A stretch of 56,781 bases of DNA. Source: Candidatus Kaiserbacteria bacterium RIFOXYD1_FULL_47_14 (GTDB lineage Bacteria; Patescibacteriota; Minisyncoccia; Phycocordibacterales; Phycocordibacteraceae). A program made the translations under genes and the position numbers. Of the stretch, positions 44,729-54,611 are shown piece by piece (within the stretch, counting starts at the first letter, position 1; each line of letters opens with the position of its first letter). The DNA lies in NCBI GenBank assembly GCA_001781915.1, contig MFMU01000003.1, forward strand, positions 1,188-57,968. The letters are read 5' to 3'. A model generated the notes under the pieces. That model did not search any database and was not told where the DNA came from. It saw nothing but the letters and a program-made list of their open reading frames with translations.

Positions 44729-45897
44729 TGCGCGGAACCATTCCGGCAGAAGAACTTTTCACGAAATCGTATGCCATAGGCCAGTATTACGGCTTTACGC
44801 CATTATCAACGCTTACTGCTCGGAAACGCGGTACGGCCCGCCAGCCGGCAGATGTAAAATCAAATGTACAAACAGTGTTCAACAATCTCGTACACGACCC
44901 TGTTGCTGATACGGTCATACACTTCTTGAAGCAGTGCCAGAACATCGAATGCGCGCCGACTCCGCAGCAGCCGCTATTTATCTGGCACACCAATATGGCG
45001 CCGGGCCGCCCTGCACAGAAAAAAGTAACCCTGCAATTCCACGCATTTGGTACTGATCGCGCTATTGCAGACACAGTCGTCATTCGTGCAATTCTCGCGC
45101 TCTCTCACGATCTCTTCCATGAAGATCCGATTGTTCGTGTTAATTCTATGGGCGATAAAGAAACTCGCGCGCGCTACGCGCGCGAACTCGGCGTCTTTTT
45201 CAAAAAACGCGCGAACATACTCCCTGAAGAATGTCTGAACTGTGCCAGACGCGATGTACTCGAAGCCGCTGAATTCGCTCTCGCGAACGGATGTGCAGAT
45301 GATTTGCCCGCGCCAACCGAGCATCTCTCGGACGCAAGCCGAAAGCGTTTTGAAGATCTTCTTGAATATCTCGAAATGACAGAAACGCCCTACGAACTTG
45401 CGCGCCATCTTATCAATCGCGGACCGGTCTGGGGCGATATTTGTTTTGAGTTTATAGCCGGCGGACAGCGCGTCGCCTGGGGTTCGCGTTATAGCGACCT
45501 CACGCGCCACTTCTTTCCTAGTGCGCCTTTCAGCGCAACTGGCGCCATGCTTCAGATAGGAAGTGAAGGAGCAATAGTGAATCCTGTTCGGCCAAGGAAA
45601 GCAACTAATACACGACCGCGATTCTCTTTCGTCCATATTGGTAATGAGGCGAAACGGCTCTCGATACGCCTCGCCGAGGATTTCAAACGAGCTCGCATTT
45701 CTCTCACACAGGATATCGGTATAGAATCACTCACCGAACAGCTCCATCTCGCCGAGCGGCGAGAGAGTCCGTATCTCCTTATTATGGGACGCAAAGAAGC
45801 GCTTGAGGGTTCGGCAATTCTGCGCAATCGCCAAACGCAAGAAGAAACCGTCCTCCCGCTCATCGGTCTTATTGATCGCCTCAAAACATTCGTATAG
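44725..45897 (+). CDS. HisS-like protein with degenerate catalytic domain and HGTP anticodon-binding C-terminus
   Basis: VRVNSMGD.E.R..Y, HLSDASRKRF..LLEYLE, C-terminal LIMGRKEA.EG..ILRN. Confidence 0.65.
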   Translation: MMRGTIPAEELFTKSYAIGQYYGFTPLSTLTARKRGTARQPADVKSNVQTVFNNLVHDPVADTVIHFLKQCQNIECAPTPQQPLFIWHTNMAPGRPAQKKVTLQFHAFGTDRAIADTVVIRAILALSHDLFHEDPIVRVNSMGDKETRARYARELGVFFKKRANILPEECLNCARRDVLEAAEFALANGCADDLPAPTEHLSDASRKRFEDLLEYLEMTETPYELARHLINRGPVWGDICFEFIAGGQRVAWGSRYSDLTRHFFPSAPFSATGAMLQIGSEGAIVNPVRPRKATNTRPRFSFVHIGNEAKRLSIRLAEDFKRARISLTQDIGIESLTEQLHLAERRESPYLLIMGRKEALEGSAILRNRQTQEETVLPLIGLIDRLKTFV

Positions 45898-45933
45898 ACA
45901 ACTATAACCTCAATGTGCTAGAGTTCTTCTACT

Positions 45934-46203
45934 ATGACAGCCGGAACACGAGTTGAAGTCCAAGTCGGAAAGAACGAAAGTTCGACCGCGCTTATTCGCC
46001 GTTTTACGCGCCGCGCGCAGGGGCTCGGACTCGTACGCGAAATACGCGACAACCGCTACTGGCATCGCACGAAGTCGAAGAATGTCGGCCACAAGCGCGC
46101 GCTCATTAATAAGGTTCGCCGCGAGAATTACAACGAGCTCGTAAAGCTTGGGAAGATTGATCCGGCAGCGAAGAAGACGCGCGGGAAGGGCGGCAAGAAA
46201 TAA
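45934..46203 (+). CDS. bS21-like small basic ribosomal protein
   Basis: EVQVGKNESSTALIRRFTRR..R.NRY...KS pattern; strongly basic. Confidence 0.6.
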   Translation: MTAGTRVEVQVGKNESSTALIRRFTRRAQGLGLVREIRDNRYWHRTKSKNVGHKRALINKVRRENYNELVKLGKIDPAAKKTRGKGGKK

Positions 46204-46664
46204 TGAGTGTCGACATAAAGAACAACACGCGGCGCCGTCTGACGGCGCCGCGAAACGCATTTTCAATACTCGCGAAAGAAGTGCTTCCCCAGTGGGACAT
46301 CTCGCTCGTTTTTGTCGGACCAAAAAAAGCAAAAACACTCAACGAAACATTACGCAACAAGACATACATTCCGAATGTTCTTTCGTATGCAGTTGGCGAC
46401 AAAAACGGCGAAATTTTTATTTGTCTCCACGAAGCCGCGAAACAAGCTCCTGCTTACAATTTGAACCTTACATCTTACACCTTGCTTTTATTTATCCACG
46501 GTTTATTACATCTCAAAGGGTGGGCACATGGTGTTAAGATGGAGAGATGCGAACAAAAACTGTTGGCGCGATTTGTTTGTTCTTATGTCGCGACGAGTAG
46601 CAACCGGAATCGATATCGGCACCTACCAGATAAAAATGGTCGTGGTCGAGGAACTCACAGATAA
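46203..46664 (+). CDS. ybeY: rRNA maturation endoribonuclease YbeY
   Basis: LN...RNK....NVLSY, GEIFIC, IHGLLHLKGWAH. Confidence 0.88.
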   Translation: MSVDIKNNTRRRLTAPRNAFSILAKEVLPQWDISLVFVGPKKAKTLNETLRNKTYIPNVLSYAVGDKNGEIFICLHEAAKQAPAYNLNLTSYTLLLFIHGLLHLKGWAHGVKMERCEQKLLARFVCSYVATSSNRNRYRHLPDKNGRGRGTHR

Positions 46665-47745
46665 ACGCAGCGGTGCGCGGCAATTGCATATTATTGGTAC
46701 CGGTCTTGCTGAATCAAAGGGCTTGCGGCACGGGTATATCGTCAATAAAGAAGAGGTTTCCATTTGCATTGCAAAAGCGAAGCAGCAAGCAGAGGCGTCT
46801 GCTCGTTTACCGATACGATCCGGATTCCTCGCTATCGGCGGTATCTCGCTCGACGAGGCGCACGCGACCGGCTCGGCGATTATCTCGCGCGCCGACCAAG
46901 AGATAACAGCGCTTGATATTGAGAAAGCTGGAAAGGCGGCGCGCGAAGCGGCGGCGCCTGGTTTTCTTAATCGACATGTGCTCCACAGCATCCCGCTTGA
47001 ATATCGCGTTGATAATACCAAAGTGCTCGGCGATCCGCTCGGTATGAAAGGTGTTCGGCTTGAAGTTGATTATCTTTTCGTTACCTGTCTCGCCCAACAC
47101 GAAGATGCGCTCGCAAAAGCAGTCGAAGACACCAACATTGAAATCATTGACCAAATGGCTTCCCCACTCGCTGGTTCTTATGTCCTCCTTGAGGGCGATC
47201 AAAAGATGAAAGGATGTGTGCTCGCGAATATCGGCTCGGAGACCGTCTCTATCGTTGTTTACGACGAAGGCATTCCCGTATCAGTAAAAGTATTTCCTAT
47301 GGGGTCTGGGCACATTACCGATGATATCGCACTTGGATTCCGTATCTCGCTTGAAGAGGCCGAGCGCGTTAAGCTCGGACGATTGTCAGGACAAATGTAT
47401 CCGCGTAAAAAAGTTGATGACATTATTGCGAGCCGTCTCGCTACGATGTTCGCGCTCATCGATAAACATCTGAAATCGCTCAACCGTCGTGGCCCATTAC
47501 CGGCCGGCATTATTATTTCGGGCGGCGGTGCGGGCATTGGTTCTATCAGCGATATTGCGAAGGGCTCGTTGAAACTGCCTGCGCGCCTCGCCGAGTTCCG
47601 CATTTCTATTGATACAAAAATCCGCGATGCAACATGGGCGGTTGCGTACGGACTCGCACTCTGGGGACTCACAGGCGACACGATTGCCCCGAAAAAAAGT
47701 ATCGCCGCGACATTCGTGAAGTTTTTTCGCCAATTCTTGCCTTGA
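46585..47745 (+). CDS. ftsA: Cell division protein FtsA (start re-called)
   Basis: GIDIGTYQI, GLRHGYIV, DPLGMKGVRLEV, NIGSET, ITDDIA, SGGGA. Confidence 0.93.
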   Translation: MSRRVATGIDIGTYQIKMVVVEELTDKRSGARQLHIIGTGLAESKGLRHGYIVNKEEVSICIAKAKQQAEASARLPIRSGFLAIGGISLDEAHATGSAIISRADQEITALDIEKAGKAAREAAAPGFLNRHVLHSIPLEYRVDNTKVLGDPLGMKGVRLEVDYLFVTCLAQHEDALAKAVEDTNIEIIDQMASPLAGSYVLLEGDQKMKGCVLANIGSETVSIVVYDEGIPVSVKVFPMGSGHITDDIALGFRISLEEAERVKLGRLSGQMYPRKKVDDIIASRLATMFALIDKHLKSLNRRGPLPAGIIISGGGAGIGSISDIAKGSLKLPARLAEFRISIDTKIRDATWAVAYGLALWGLTGDTIAPKKSIAATFVKFFRQFLP

Positions 47746-47849
47746 ACGGTTCAAATACCGACACATGAGCCGTTTAGTAGCTAAATGGCGAATGTCTCTA
47801 TTTCCCGCCATTCTCACAAAATGTGGAATTTATGAGGTAGAATACACGC

Positions 47850-48701
47850 ATGAACCCCTACAAGGATTTTAAGGAAAGATTTAAATTACTGGCGAGTAAA
47901 CATCGACATCTAGTAGTGAATACCTTGTCTAATATCTTTACGATGAGACTAATCGGCAATAAAACTCATGGTGATTTGGCAGAAATAGGCATTGCTGAAT
48001 TTATTAATCAGTTTATGTATGACTTTAAAAGCATACATGTCGGGAAAGATCTCTTCAGAGCGAAAGAACACGAAGAGGATATTGTGATTATTAACGAGGT
48101 CACGAAGTCAGAATTTCCAGTGAGCTTAAAAGCCTATGGAGATGGACCTTTACAACTTTCTACAGATAGCGACCAAAAAATGTTCCCCTACCTTGAAAAA
48201 CAAGGGAAAAATATCACAAGCAAAAAGAAGATGGCAGAAATTTTTGCATCGTCAGCATTTTCTGAATTTAACAACATAAATGTTATGCCGCTTATTTACA
48301 ATGAGAAAAAGAAACAATGCAACATAATGATTTTTGATCACGAGAAAACAATTAAACAAACTGCACGGATTTTGTATATCGGAAATGGAGAAAGTTTCGG
48401 AGGTAAGAAGACTGGCAAATCCAGAATGCACCCAATTTTCATGTTTTTGGATGATAAAAACAACTATATTTGTGAAGTTCGTTATGGTGGAGCATCAGCA
48501 AACGCCCTTCAAAGAGGACTCTGGACACACACAAGAAATGCGATTTCATTTTTTGACAGTCTGACAAATGGTTGGATCGATTATTCTCATAATCACACTT
48601 TAGTAAAGTTATTCAGTCTTGCGTTGAACAGCACTGAAGAGGGTCATAAAGAAGCAAATATAATTTTGCAAAAAGATATCGATAGGTTGAAAAAATTATA
48701 A
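47850..48701 (+). CDS. Putative type II restriction endonuclease
   Basis: HGDLAE..., EEDIVI...VSLKAY (PD-(D/E)xK-like spacing); AT-rich; immediately upstream of a DNA methyltransferase. Confidence 0.6.
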   Translation: MNPYKDFKERFKLLASKHRHLVVNTLSNIFTMRLIGNKTHGDLAEIGIAEFINQFMYDFKSIHVGKDLFRAKEHEEDIVIINEVTKSEFPVSLKAYGDGPLQLSTDSDQKMFPYLEKQGKNITSKKKMAEIFASSAFSEFNNINVMPLIYNEKKKQCNIMIFDHEKTIKQTARILYIGNGESFGGKKTGKSRMHPIFMFLDDKNNYICEVRYGGASANALQRGLWTHTRNAISFFDSLTNGWIDYSHNHTLVKLFSLALNSTEEGHKEANIILQKDIDRLKKL

Positions 48702-48702
48702 C

Positions 48703-49887
48703 ATGCAGAAGACACTATTCAATGAAAAAGATTTTTCTGATGTAAAAACTCAAGGCATTAAATATGCTGGCTCCAAACTCAAAATAATTCCTTATATTTT
48801 AGAAAGCATTAAAGATCTAGAAATCAAAACGATACTAGACGGATTTAGCGGTTCAACCAGAGTAAGCCAAGCTTTTGCTCAAGCTGGTTACAATGTTGTC
48901 TCTAACGATATTTCCCATTGGTCTGAAGTATGCGCAAAGTGTTTCTTGTTGCATAATAAAGATAAAAAATACTATCAAGATATAATTAATGATCTTAACT
49001 ACCTCAAGGGTCACGATGGATGGTTTACAACTCATTATGGAGGAAACGAGGTGATGGATGAAAAAAGACCATTCCAGATTAAAAATACAAGAAAGCTGGA
49101 CGCAATAAGAGATCGAATTGAGGAATTGAAACTAAATGATATCGATAAATCCGTTATTTTGACGAGCTTGCTTTTTGCACTAGACGCAGTAGATAGCACA
49201 CTAGGACATTTTGTATCATACCTTTCCGAATGGTCTAATCGATCTTACAACAATCTTTTTCTAAAGCTCCCTGAGCTTAAAGAAACAATCGGCAACCATA
49301 AAGTATTCAGAAAAGATATTTTTAAGGTCATCGAGAATAACTCTTTTGATCTTGCTTATTTTGACCCTCCTTATGGCTCCAATAACGAAAAAATGCCGCC
49401 AAGTAGAGTTAGATATTCGTCCTATTATCATATATGGACATCAGTAATTAAGCACGATAAACCAGCACTTTTTGGTAAAGTGAACAGAAGAGAAGATACT
49501 AGAGATTTAGTTTCAGCTTCCATATTTGAGGAGTTCAGAAAAAATAATGATGGAAATTTTATTGCTATGGAAGCAATTAGAACGCTTATTAAAAATACCA
49601 AAGCAAAATACATATTGCTTTCTTATAGTTCCGGAGGAAGGGCAACAAAAAAAGAGCTTGAGACAATCCTTAATGAAACTGGGAAAATTCTAAAAATAAT
49701 TGAAATAGATTATAAGAAAAACATTATGGCTAGTATGTGTTGGACAAATGAGTGGTTAAATTCAAATGATGCACACAAAGAATATCTTTTCTTGATGGAA
49801 AAACTTCCTCAAAGTAATGTCTTTTTCATAGAAAGCACTCTGCAAGGAGAGTTTATTAATAAAGCACTACCAATTCTTACTTCATGA
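48703..49887 (+). CDS. DNA adenine methyltransferase (D12 class-like)
   Basis: IKYAGSK, LDGFSGS, SND, YFDPPY, LLSYSS. Confidence 0.88.
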   Translation: MQKTLFNEKDFSDVKTQGIKYAGSKLKIIPYILESIKDLEIKTILDGFSGSTRVSQAFAQAGYNVVSNDISHWSEVCAKCFLLHNKDKKYYQDIINDLNYLKGHDGWFTTHYGGNEVMDEKRPFQIKNTRKLDAIRDRIEELKLNDIDKSVILTSLLFALDAVDSTLGHFVSYLSEWSNRSYNNLFLKLPELKETIGNHKVFRKDIFKVIENNSFDLAYFDPPYGSNNEKMPPSRVRYSSYYHIWTSVIKHDKPALFGKVNRREDTRDLVSASIFEEFRKNNDGNFIAMEAIRTLIKNTKAKYILLSYSSGGRATKKELETILNETGKILKIIEIDYKKNIMASMCWTNEWLNSNDAHKEYLFLMEKLPQSNVFFIESTLQGEFINKALPILTS

Positions 49888-50007
49888 GTGACTTTTTGTT
49901 TTAGCAAGGCATTGAGTAACAGTTTGTATCCTTAGATTGTCAATATTTGCATCTAACCTGCTTCTGTTATCATAGCTGAAGTTCACTATTTATATCTTCT
50001 ATATTTT

Positions 50008-51270
50008 ATGTCAAAACGCATTGAACCAGAGATTGAGACATTCGCACGAATTCGCGTAGTCGGCGTGGGCGGCTCTGGGAAAAATGCGGTCAATCACATG
50101 ATTGATTCTAAGGTCCGCGGCGTTGAGTTCATCGCCGTTAACTCCGATGCGCAGGACCTCCATCGCTCGCTCGCCAAGAGGAAGATACACATCGGCAAGA
50201 ATCTCACGCGCGGACTCGGTACCGGTATGAATCCCGAACTCGGCAGGCGCGCCGCAGAAGAAACACGACAGGAGATTCAAGAAGCTCTCTCTGGAAGCGA
50301 TATGGTGTTCATCACCTGCGGTATGGGCGGAGGAACCGGCACAGGAGCCGCCGGCGTCATCGCGAAGATAGCGAAAGAAGTCGGCGCGCTCGTTATCGCC
50401 GTCGTAACAAAACCATTTTCTTTTGAAGGAGCACAACGAAAAGATATCGCAGAGAATGGCCTCGCCGAATTGAAAAAAGAAGTCGATGCCTACATCGTCA
50501 TTCCGAATGACAAACTACTCGCTATTGTTGATAAAAACACTTCGGCAAAGAACGCTTTCGCTCTCTGCGATGAAATCTTGCGCCAAGCAGTCGAAGGCGT
50601 TTCCGATATCATTACGACACCTGGCGATATCAATACCGATTTCAATGATATTAAAGCGATTATGGAAGGCGCCGGCCCAGCACTTATGGGTATCGGCATC
50701 GCTGATGGTGATGACCGAGCGCGAGAGGCGGCTAATCAGGCAGTCAATTCCCCACTTCTTGATGTCTCGATCAGTGGTGCTAAAGGCATTCTCTTCGTCG
50801 TTGCTGGTTCTGACGATCTCGGCATTATGGAGGTGCAGGAGGCCGCGAAGGTCATTAGCGAATCCGTCGACAAGAGCGCGAAGATTATCTTCGGTATTAT
50901 GCATGACGATAAGCTTAAAAAAGGACAAATTCGTATTATTGTCATAGCGACCGGCTTCCCTGAGAGCCCCGCGAGTGTGTCGCATTCCGCACTCGAACGC
51001 TCGCTTTTCTCACTACCTGCAGAACGGCACGAAGAAGAACGCGGCCGCATTTATCATGAAATCCTAAAACGCGAAGAAAAAAAAGATGGAAAGATGGAAA
51101 ATACGCAAAAAAAAGCTGACCTTGATCTTAGCGAATCCGTCATAGATGGAAAGGATAATGAGCCAATCGTGACTGCATTGCCCCATAAACACGAAGATAT
51201 TCCAATTGTTCCTGAAGACGATAATGCATGGGGTGCAATTCCCTCATTCTTGCGCAGACACAAGAAATAA
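50008..51270 (+). CDS. ftsZ: Cell division protein FtsZ
   Basis: GVGGSGKNA, GMGGGTGTG, NTDFND, C-terminal IPSFLRR. Confidence 0.97.
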   Translation: MSKRIEPEIETFARIRVVGVGGSGKNAVNHMIDSKVRGVEFIAVNSDAQDLHRSLAKRKIHIGKNLTRGLGTGMNPELGRRAAEETRQEIQEALSGSDMVFITCGMGGGTGTGAAGVIAKIAKEVGALVIAVVTKPFSFEGAQRKDIAENGLAELKKEVDAYIVIPNDKLLAIVDKNTSAKNAFALCDEILRQAVEGVSDIITTPGDINTDFNDIKAIMEGAGPALMGIGIADGDDRAREAANQAVNSPLLDVSISGAKGILFVVAGSDDLGIMEVQEAAKVISESVDKSAKIIFGIMHDDKLKKGQIRIIVIATGFPESPASVSHSALERSLFSLPAERHEEERGRIYHEILKREEKKDGKMENTQKKADLDLSESVIDGKDNEPIVTALPHKHEDIPIVPEDDNAWGAIPSFLRRHKK

Positions 51271-51288
51271 AGTGATAAGATAGAGGTT

Positions 51289-52233
51289 ATGAATGACCTC
51301 ATTATTATTGGCGGCGGGCCTGCGGGTATCGCTGCGGGCGTGTATGCAGCGCGGAAACATCTGAAGACGATTCTTATCTCGGGAGAGATTGGCGGACAAT
51401 CGATTGTATCAGATGATATAGAAAATTGGATCGGCACGCCGAAAGTGAGCGGTGCTGACCTCGCGAAATCGCTACGCGCGCATCTTGATGCAGTGAAATG
51501 CGATATCGTAAAGTTAGCGCTTGGCGAGCGAGTTGTCTCGCTAGAATCACTTGGCGGTGAAACCCACAAGTTGCTTGGGGGTTTCACCGCCAAAACGAAA
51601 TCGGGGAAAGACTTCTCTGCGAAAGCTATACTCATCGCCTCGGGCGCGCGCCGCCGGAAGCTTGATGTCCCCGGTGCCGATAAGTTTGAAAATAAAGGCG
51701 TAACCTACTGCGCTTCCTGCGATGGTCTTCTCTTCGCAGACAAAGATGTCGCGGTCATCGGAGGCGGTAATGCCGGCTTCGAGACCGCGCTCCAGCTCCT
51801 CGCCTATGCAAAGTCAGTAACGCTTATCCATCGACATCAGGAGTTTAAGGCCGATCCTGTCTCTGTTGAAAAAGCTCTCGCCCACTCGGCTATGAGCGTG
51901 ATTCGGAATGCCGAACCGGTTGAAGTGATGGGCAAACAATTTGTGACTGGTCTGAAATATAAAGATGTCATTTCAGAAGAAGTGAAAGAACTCGCGGTCT
52001 CTGGCATCTTCGTCGAAGCGGGCGTGATGCCGAACACTGATTTTGCCGAAGGACTTGTCGAGTTCGATTCGGTGAAGCGCGTAAAGACCGACCCGCGCAC
52101 CCAGCGCACGAGCGTCGAGGGCATCTGGGCAGCTGGCGACTGCACCGACGAACTCTACCATCAGAACAACATCGCCGCCGGCGACGGCGTTAAAGCGGCA
52201 GAAGATATCTATCTTTGGATAAAGAAACACTAA
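51289..52233 (+). CDS. trxB: Thioredoxin reductase / AhpF-like FAD oxidoreductase
   Basis: IIGGGPAG, GVTYCASCDG, GGGNAG, WAAGD. Confidence 0.88.
   Translation: MNDLIIIGGGPAGIAAGVYAARKHLKTILISGEIGGQSIVSDDIENWIGTPKVSGADLAKSLRAHLDAVKCDIVKLALGERVVSLESLGGETHKLLGGFTAKTKSGKDFSAKAILIASGARRRKLDVPGADKFENKGVTYCASCDGLLFADKDVAVIGGGNAGFETALQLLAYAKSVTLIHRHQEFKADPVSVEKALAHSAMSVIRNAEPVEVMGKQFVTGLKYKDVISEEVKELAVSGIFVEAGVMPNTDFAEGLVEFDSVKRVKTDPRTQRTSVEGIWAAGDCTDELYHQNNIAAGDGVKAAEDIYLWIKKH
51551..51593. repeat. REP doublet in frame within trxB
   Basis: ttggcggtgaaaccc-acaagttgcttgg-gggtttcaccgccaa (LGGETHKLLGGFTAK). Confidence 0.85.
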
Positions 52234-52298
52234 AAGTGACAAATGTGACACAAGAATGAGATACTCGTGTATCGCTTTATTACAGATCAATTAATTTT

Positions 52299-53513
52299 TT
52301 ATCCAAACATCAGAAATTCTGGTTTGAATATAAGCAAAATCCCAATCATTAACATTACGAGTCCGCCAATAAGTCGTGCAATTCTTGCATATTTGGTCGT
52401 GATTCCTGTCATTTCTAATGTAATCATAGCAACAAAGAAGACAAACAAATCATCTAGCATGAAGAAGAAAATATATATCGCTATATAAAGGTAATACTGC
52501 AAACCATTCATTTGGTTCAACGATAAAACTTGCGTATATATCGCTGGTAATCCAGCAGAACAAATAAGTTCAACTAAATTAACGACAAAAGCTAAAACAA
52601 TTATTCCTCCAATTGCAAGCCATAAACTATTCTGTTGAACTATCAACCTAATCTTTTCGAAAGTTTTTTGTCTTTTCTCGTCACCGACCACTTTACATCC
52701 ACTAATTTTGTTAAATAAAAATTCTTTTATGCTGTAGCCACCACCTAAAAGAGCTAAGATGCCAATTGATATTCTGAACCAGATAACAAATCCTAAAAAT
52801 AATATCAAGTTGAGCCAAGCTGCCATAAATAGGAAGTAAACGGAAGCCGAAGCAGTAATGAATATTGTCCCCAAAATCCACATTCTTTTCCTATTGTTCA
52901 TTCCCAATAACAAACTAATTAAAAATAAAAGCGTCCACATCGCACATGGATTAAATCCGTCTAATAGACCCATGACTATAGTCAGTATAGGTAACGAAAA
53001 ACTTACAGCATCAATTTCACCAATGATAGGCAGTTTTATTATTTTTTCTGTAAAAACATTTCCAGTATTTTCATTTTTTAATTCTTGTACGATTTCTTTT
53101 TCTTTAATCCCAACAATAGAAGCGATTGGATCCGAACATTTATGAATGGAACATTCAGCAACTTTTTGTTTAATTTCTTTTGAAGTAATTCCATCAGCAT
53201 AACCAACAAAATGGTGACCGCCTATAATTAAAAACGGCACACCATCCACGCCAACTCCTAATTCGTTCGATACTTGTTGTAAAAGAAGAATATTATTTCT
53301 ATTATTATAAATTTCATACTCATAAATTTCTAAATTCGAATATTCACTTTTTAAGTCATTAAACAGGAATTGTCTTTCTTGGGCACAATGTGGACAGCCG
53401 TCACCATAAAAAAGATATGCATTGACTGGAAGATTGCCAGCAGAAACTGTTTGGGGCAATAAAATTAAACAAAATAAAGAAGCTATAATTATATTTTTGG
53501 CAGTTAATTTCAT
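52299..53513 (-). CDS. Thioredoxin-fold domain fused to a CcdA/DsbD-like membrane domain
   Basis: Signal peptide; FYGDGCPHC; GVP; DGFNPCAMW; VELICSAGLP. Confidence 0.78.
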   Translation of the reverse strand: MKLTAKNIIIASLFCLILLPQTVSAGNLPVNAYLFYGDGCPHCAQERQFLFNDLKSEYSNLEIYEYEIYNNRNNILLLQQVSNELGVGVDGVPFLIIGGHHFVGYADGITSKEIKQKVAECSIHKCSDPIASIVGIKEKEIVQELKNENTGNVFTEKIIKLPIIGEIDAVSFSLPILTIVMGLLDGFNPCAMWTLLFLISLLLGMNNRKRMWILGTIFITASASVYFLFMAAWLNLILFLGFVIWFRISIGILALLGGGYSIKEFLFNKISGCKVVGDEKRQKTFEKIRLIVQQNSLWLAIGGIIVLAFVVNLVELICSAGLPAIYTQVLSLNQMNGLQYYLYIAIYIFFFMLDDLFVFFVAMITLEMTGITTKYARIARLIGGLVMLMIGILLIFKPEFLMFG

Positions 53514-53516
53514 AAA

Positions 53517-53792
53517 TTATGATTCTTTGTTTTGACTAATGATTTCAATCAATTTGTTTTTCTCTATTTCCCCATTTAACCGCAAAAACTCATTTCCATT
53601 CTTGTCTAAAAAGATAAAAACAGGTAAGACATTAGCAATGTGATATTTATCCACGAATTCTTTATCCTGATCAAAGTCATAATATTCTGTCTGAAGCCAT
53701 GGATTTTCTGTTTCTATTTCTTGCCACCTCGGTTTCATAATGAGACATCCCGGACACCAGATTGCACCAAATTTTAGTACTTTCATAGTCAA
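53517..53792 (-). CDS. Thioredoxin family protein
   Basis: FGAIWCPGC and LPVFIF. Confidence 0.88.
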   Translation of the reverse strand: MTMKVLKFGAIWCPGCLIMKPRWQEIETENPWLQTEYYDFDQDKEFVDKYHIANVLPVFIFLDKNGNEFLRLNGEIEKNKLIEIISQNKES

Positions 53793-53812
53793 TGATTATA
53801 TTAATAATAAGA

Positions 53813-54088
53813 TTACTCGTTAATTTTTATCGCTTTCCCTTCCACAAGGGCCACCGCTATTTTCTTATATGCAGAAGTCAAAATGCGTTGGAATGTGCTT
53901 TGCGATGTTTTCATTTTGAGTGCGGCTTCGGTTTGTTCCAACCCTTGAACATTTTTGAGACGAATTGCTTCCATCTCTTCAAGGGATAACTCAACCTCTT
54001 TAAGAAAGCGCAGCGGTATGCCTTGAGGTTTGAAATACCTTGCTGTGTGATTAAAACCTATTCGTCTGCATAATTTTGGTCGTGGCAT
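53813..54088 (-). CDS. DUF134 family HTH protein
   Basis: MPRPKLCRRI, FKPQGIP, EAIRL, Q.EAA.KM..SQ.TFQRIL. Confidence 0.85.
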   Translation of the reverse strand: MPRPKLCRRIGFNHTARYFKPQGIPLRFLKEVELSLEEMEAIRLKNVQGLEQTEAALKMKTSQSTFQRILTSAYKKIAVALVEGKAIKINE

Positions 54089-54159
54089 TTTTGTATTACT
54101 AAGTATACCAATACAAACGAAGCCACCTTTCAGATAGCATCGTTTGCTTTTATGAAACC

Positions 54160-54333
54160 TTACTTCTCTAGAGACGCTATTTCCTCTTCAATCATTTTTT
54201 TATCTTCTTTGAGAAGCGTCAATCTTTCTTCTTTGGACATCCCCTGTCTTTGATACAGGAAAGGGCATCTGCCCATTCCTCTTCCAGTTCTTGGTCCTAA
54301 TCCCATAGGGCCTGTTCCATCCAGTCGTGGCAT
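54160..54333 (-). CDS. DUF5320-like small protein (57 aa; not in the ORF track)
   Basis: Hand translation MPRLDGTGPMGLGPRTGRGMGRCPF...EEEIASLEK*; family assignment from recalled motif. Confidence 0.75.
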   Translation of the reverse strand: MPRLDGTGPMGLGPRTGRGMGRCPFLYQRQGMSKEERLTLLKEDKKMIEEEIASLEK

Positions 54334-54579
54334 ATAATTTCAATGGTTAAGTTCTGATAATATCGACCTTATTACGAGTATATACCCATAACTAATATTA
54401 TGCAAATTGGCGGTGTTTGTTGGACAAAGTTCGAAACTATTTCGAGCAAAATCCAAACGATTAAAACTAATAAAAAGGACTCGGCAGGGCGAAACAATTT
54501 GTCTGGGGGAATGGATTCGCCCTGCCTCGGCTGATTTCCCGCCCGCAGGAGGGGTCTGGGGAGGAATGCGGGCGGGTTT

Positions 54580-54611
54580 CGGACTGGGGGTTTTCGGAAA
54601 TTCGGCGGCTA
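54580..54611 (+). repeat. Left arm of an exact 32-bp inverted repeat
   Basis: cggactgggggttttcggaaattcggcggcta is the reverse complement of 56750-56781. Confidence 0.92.
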
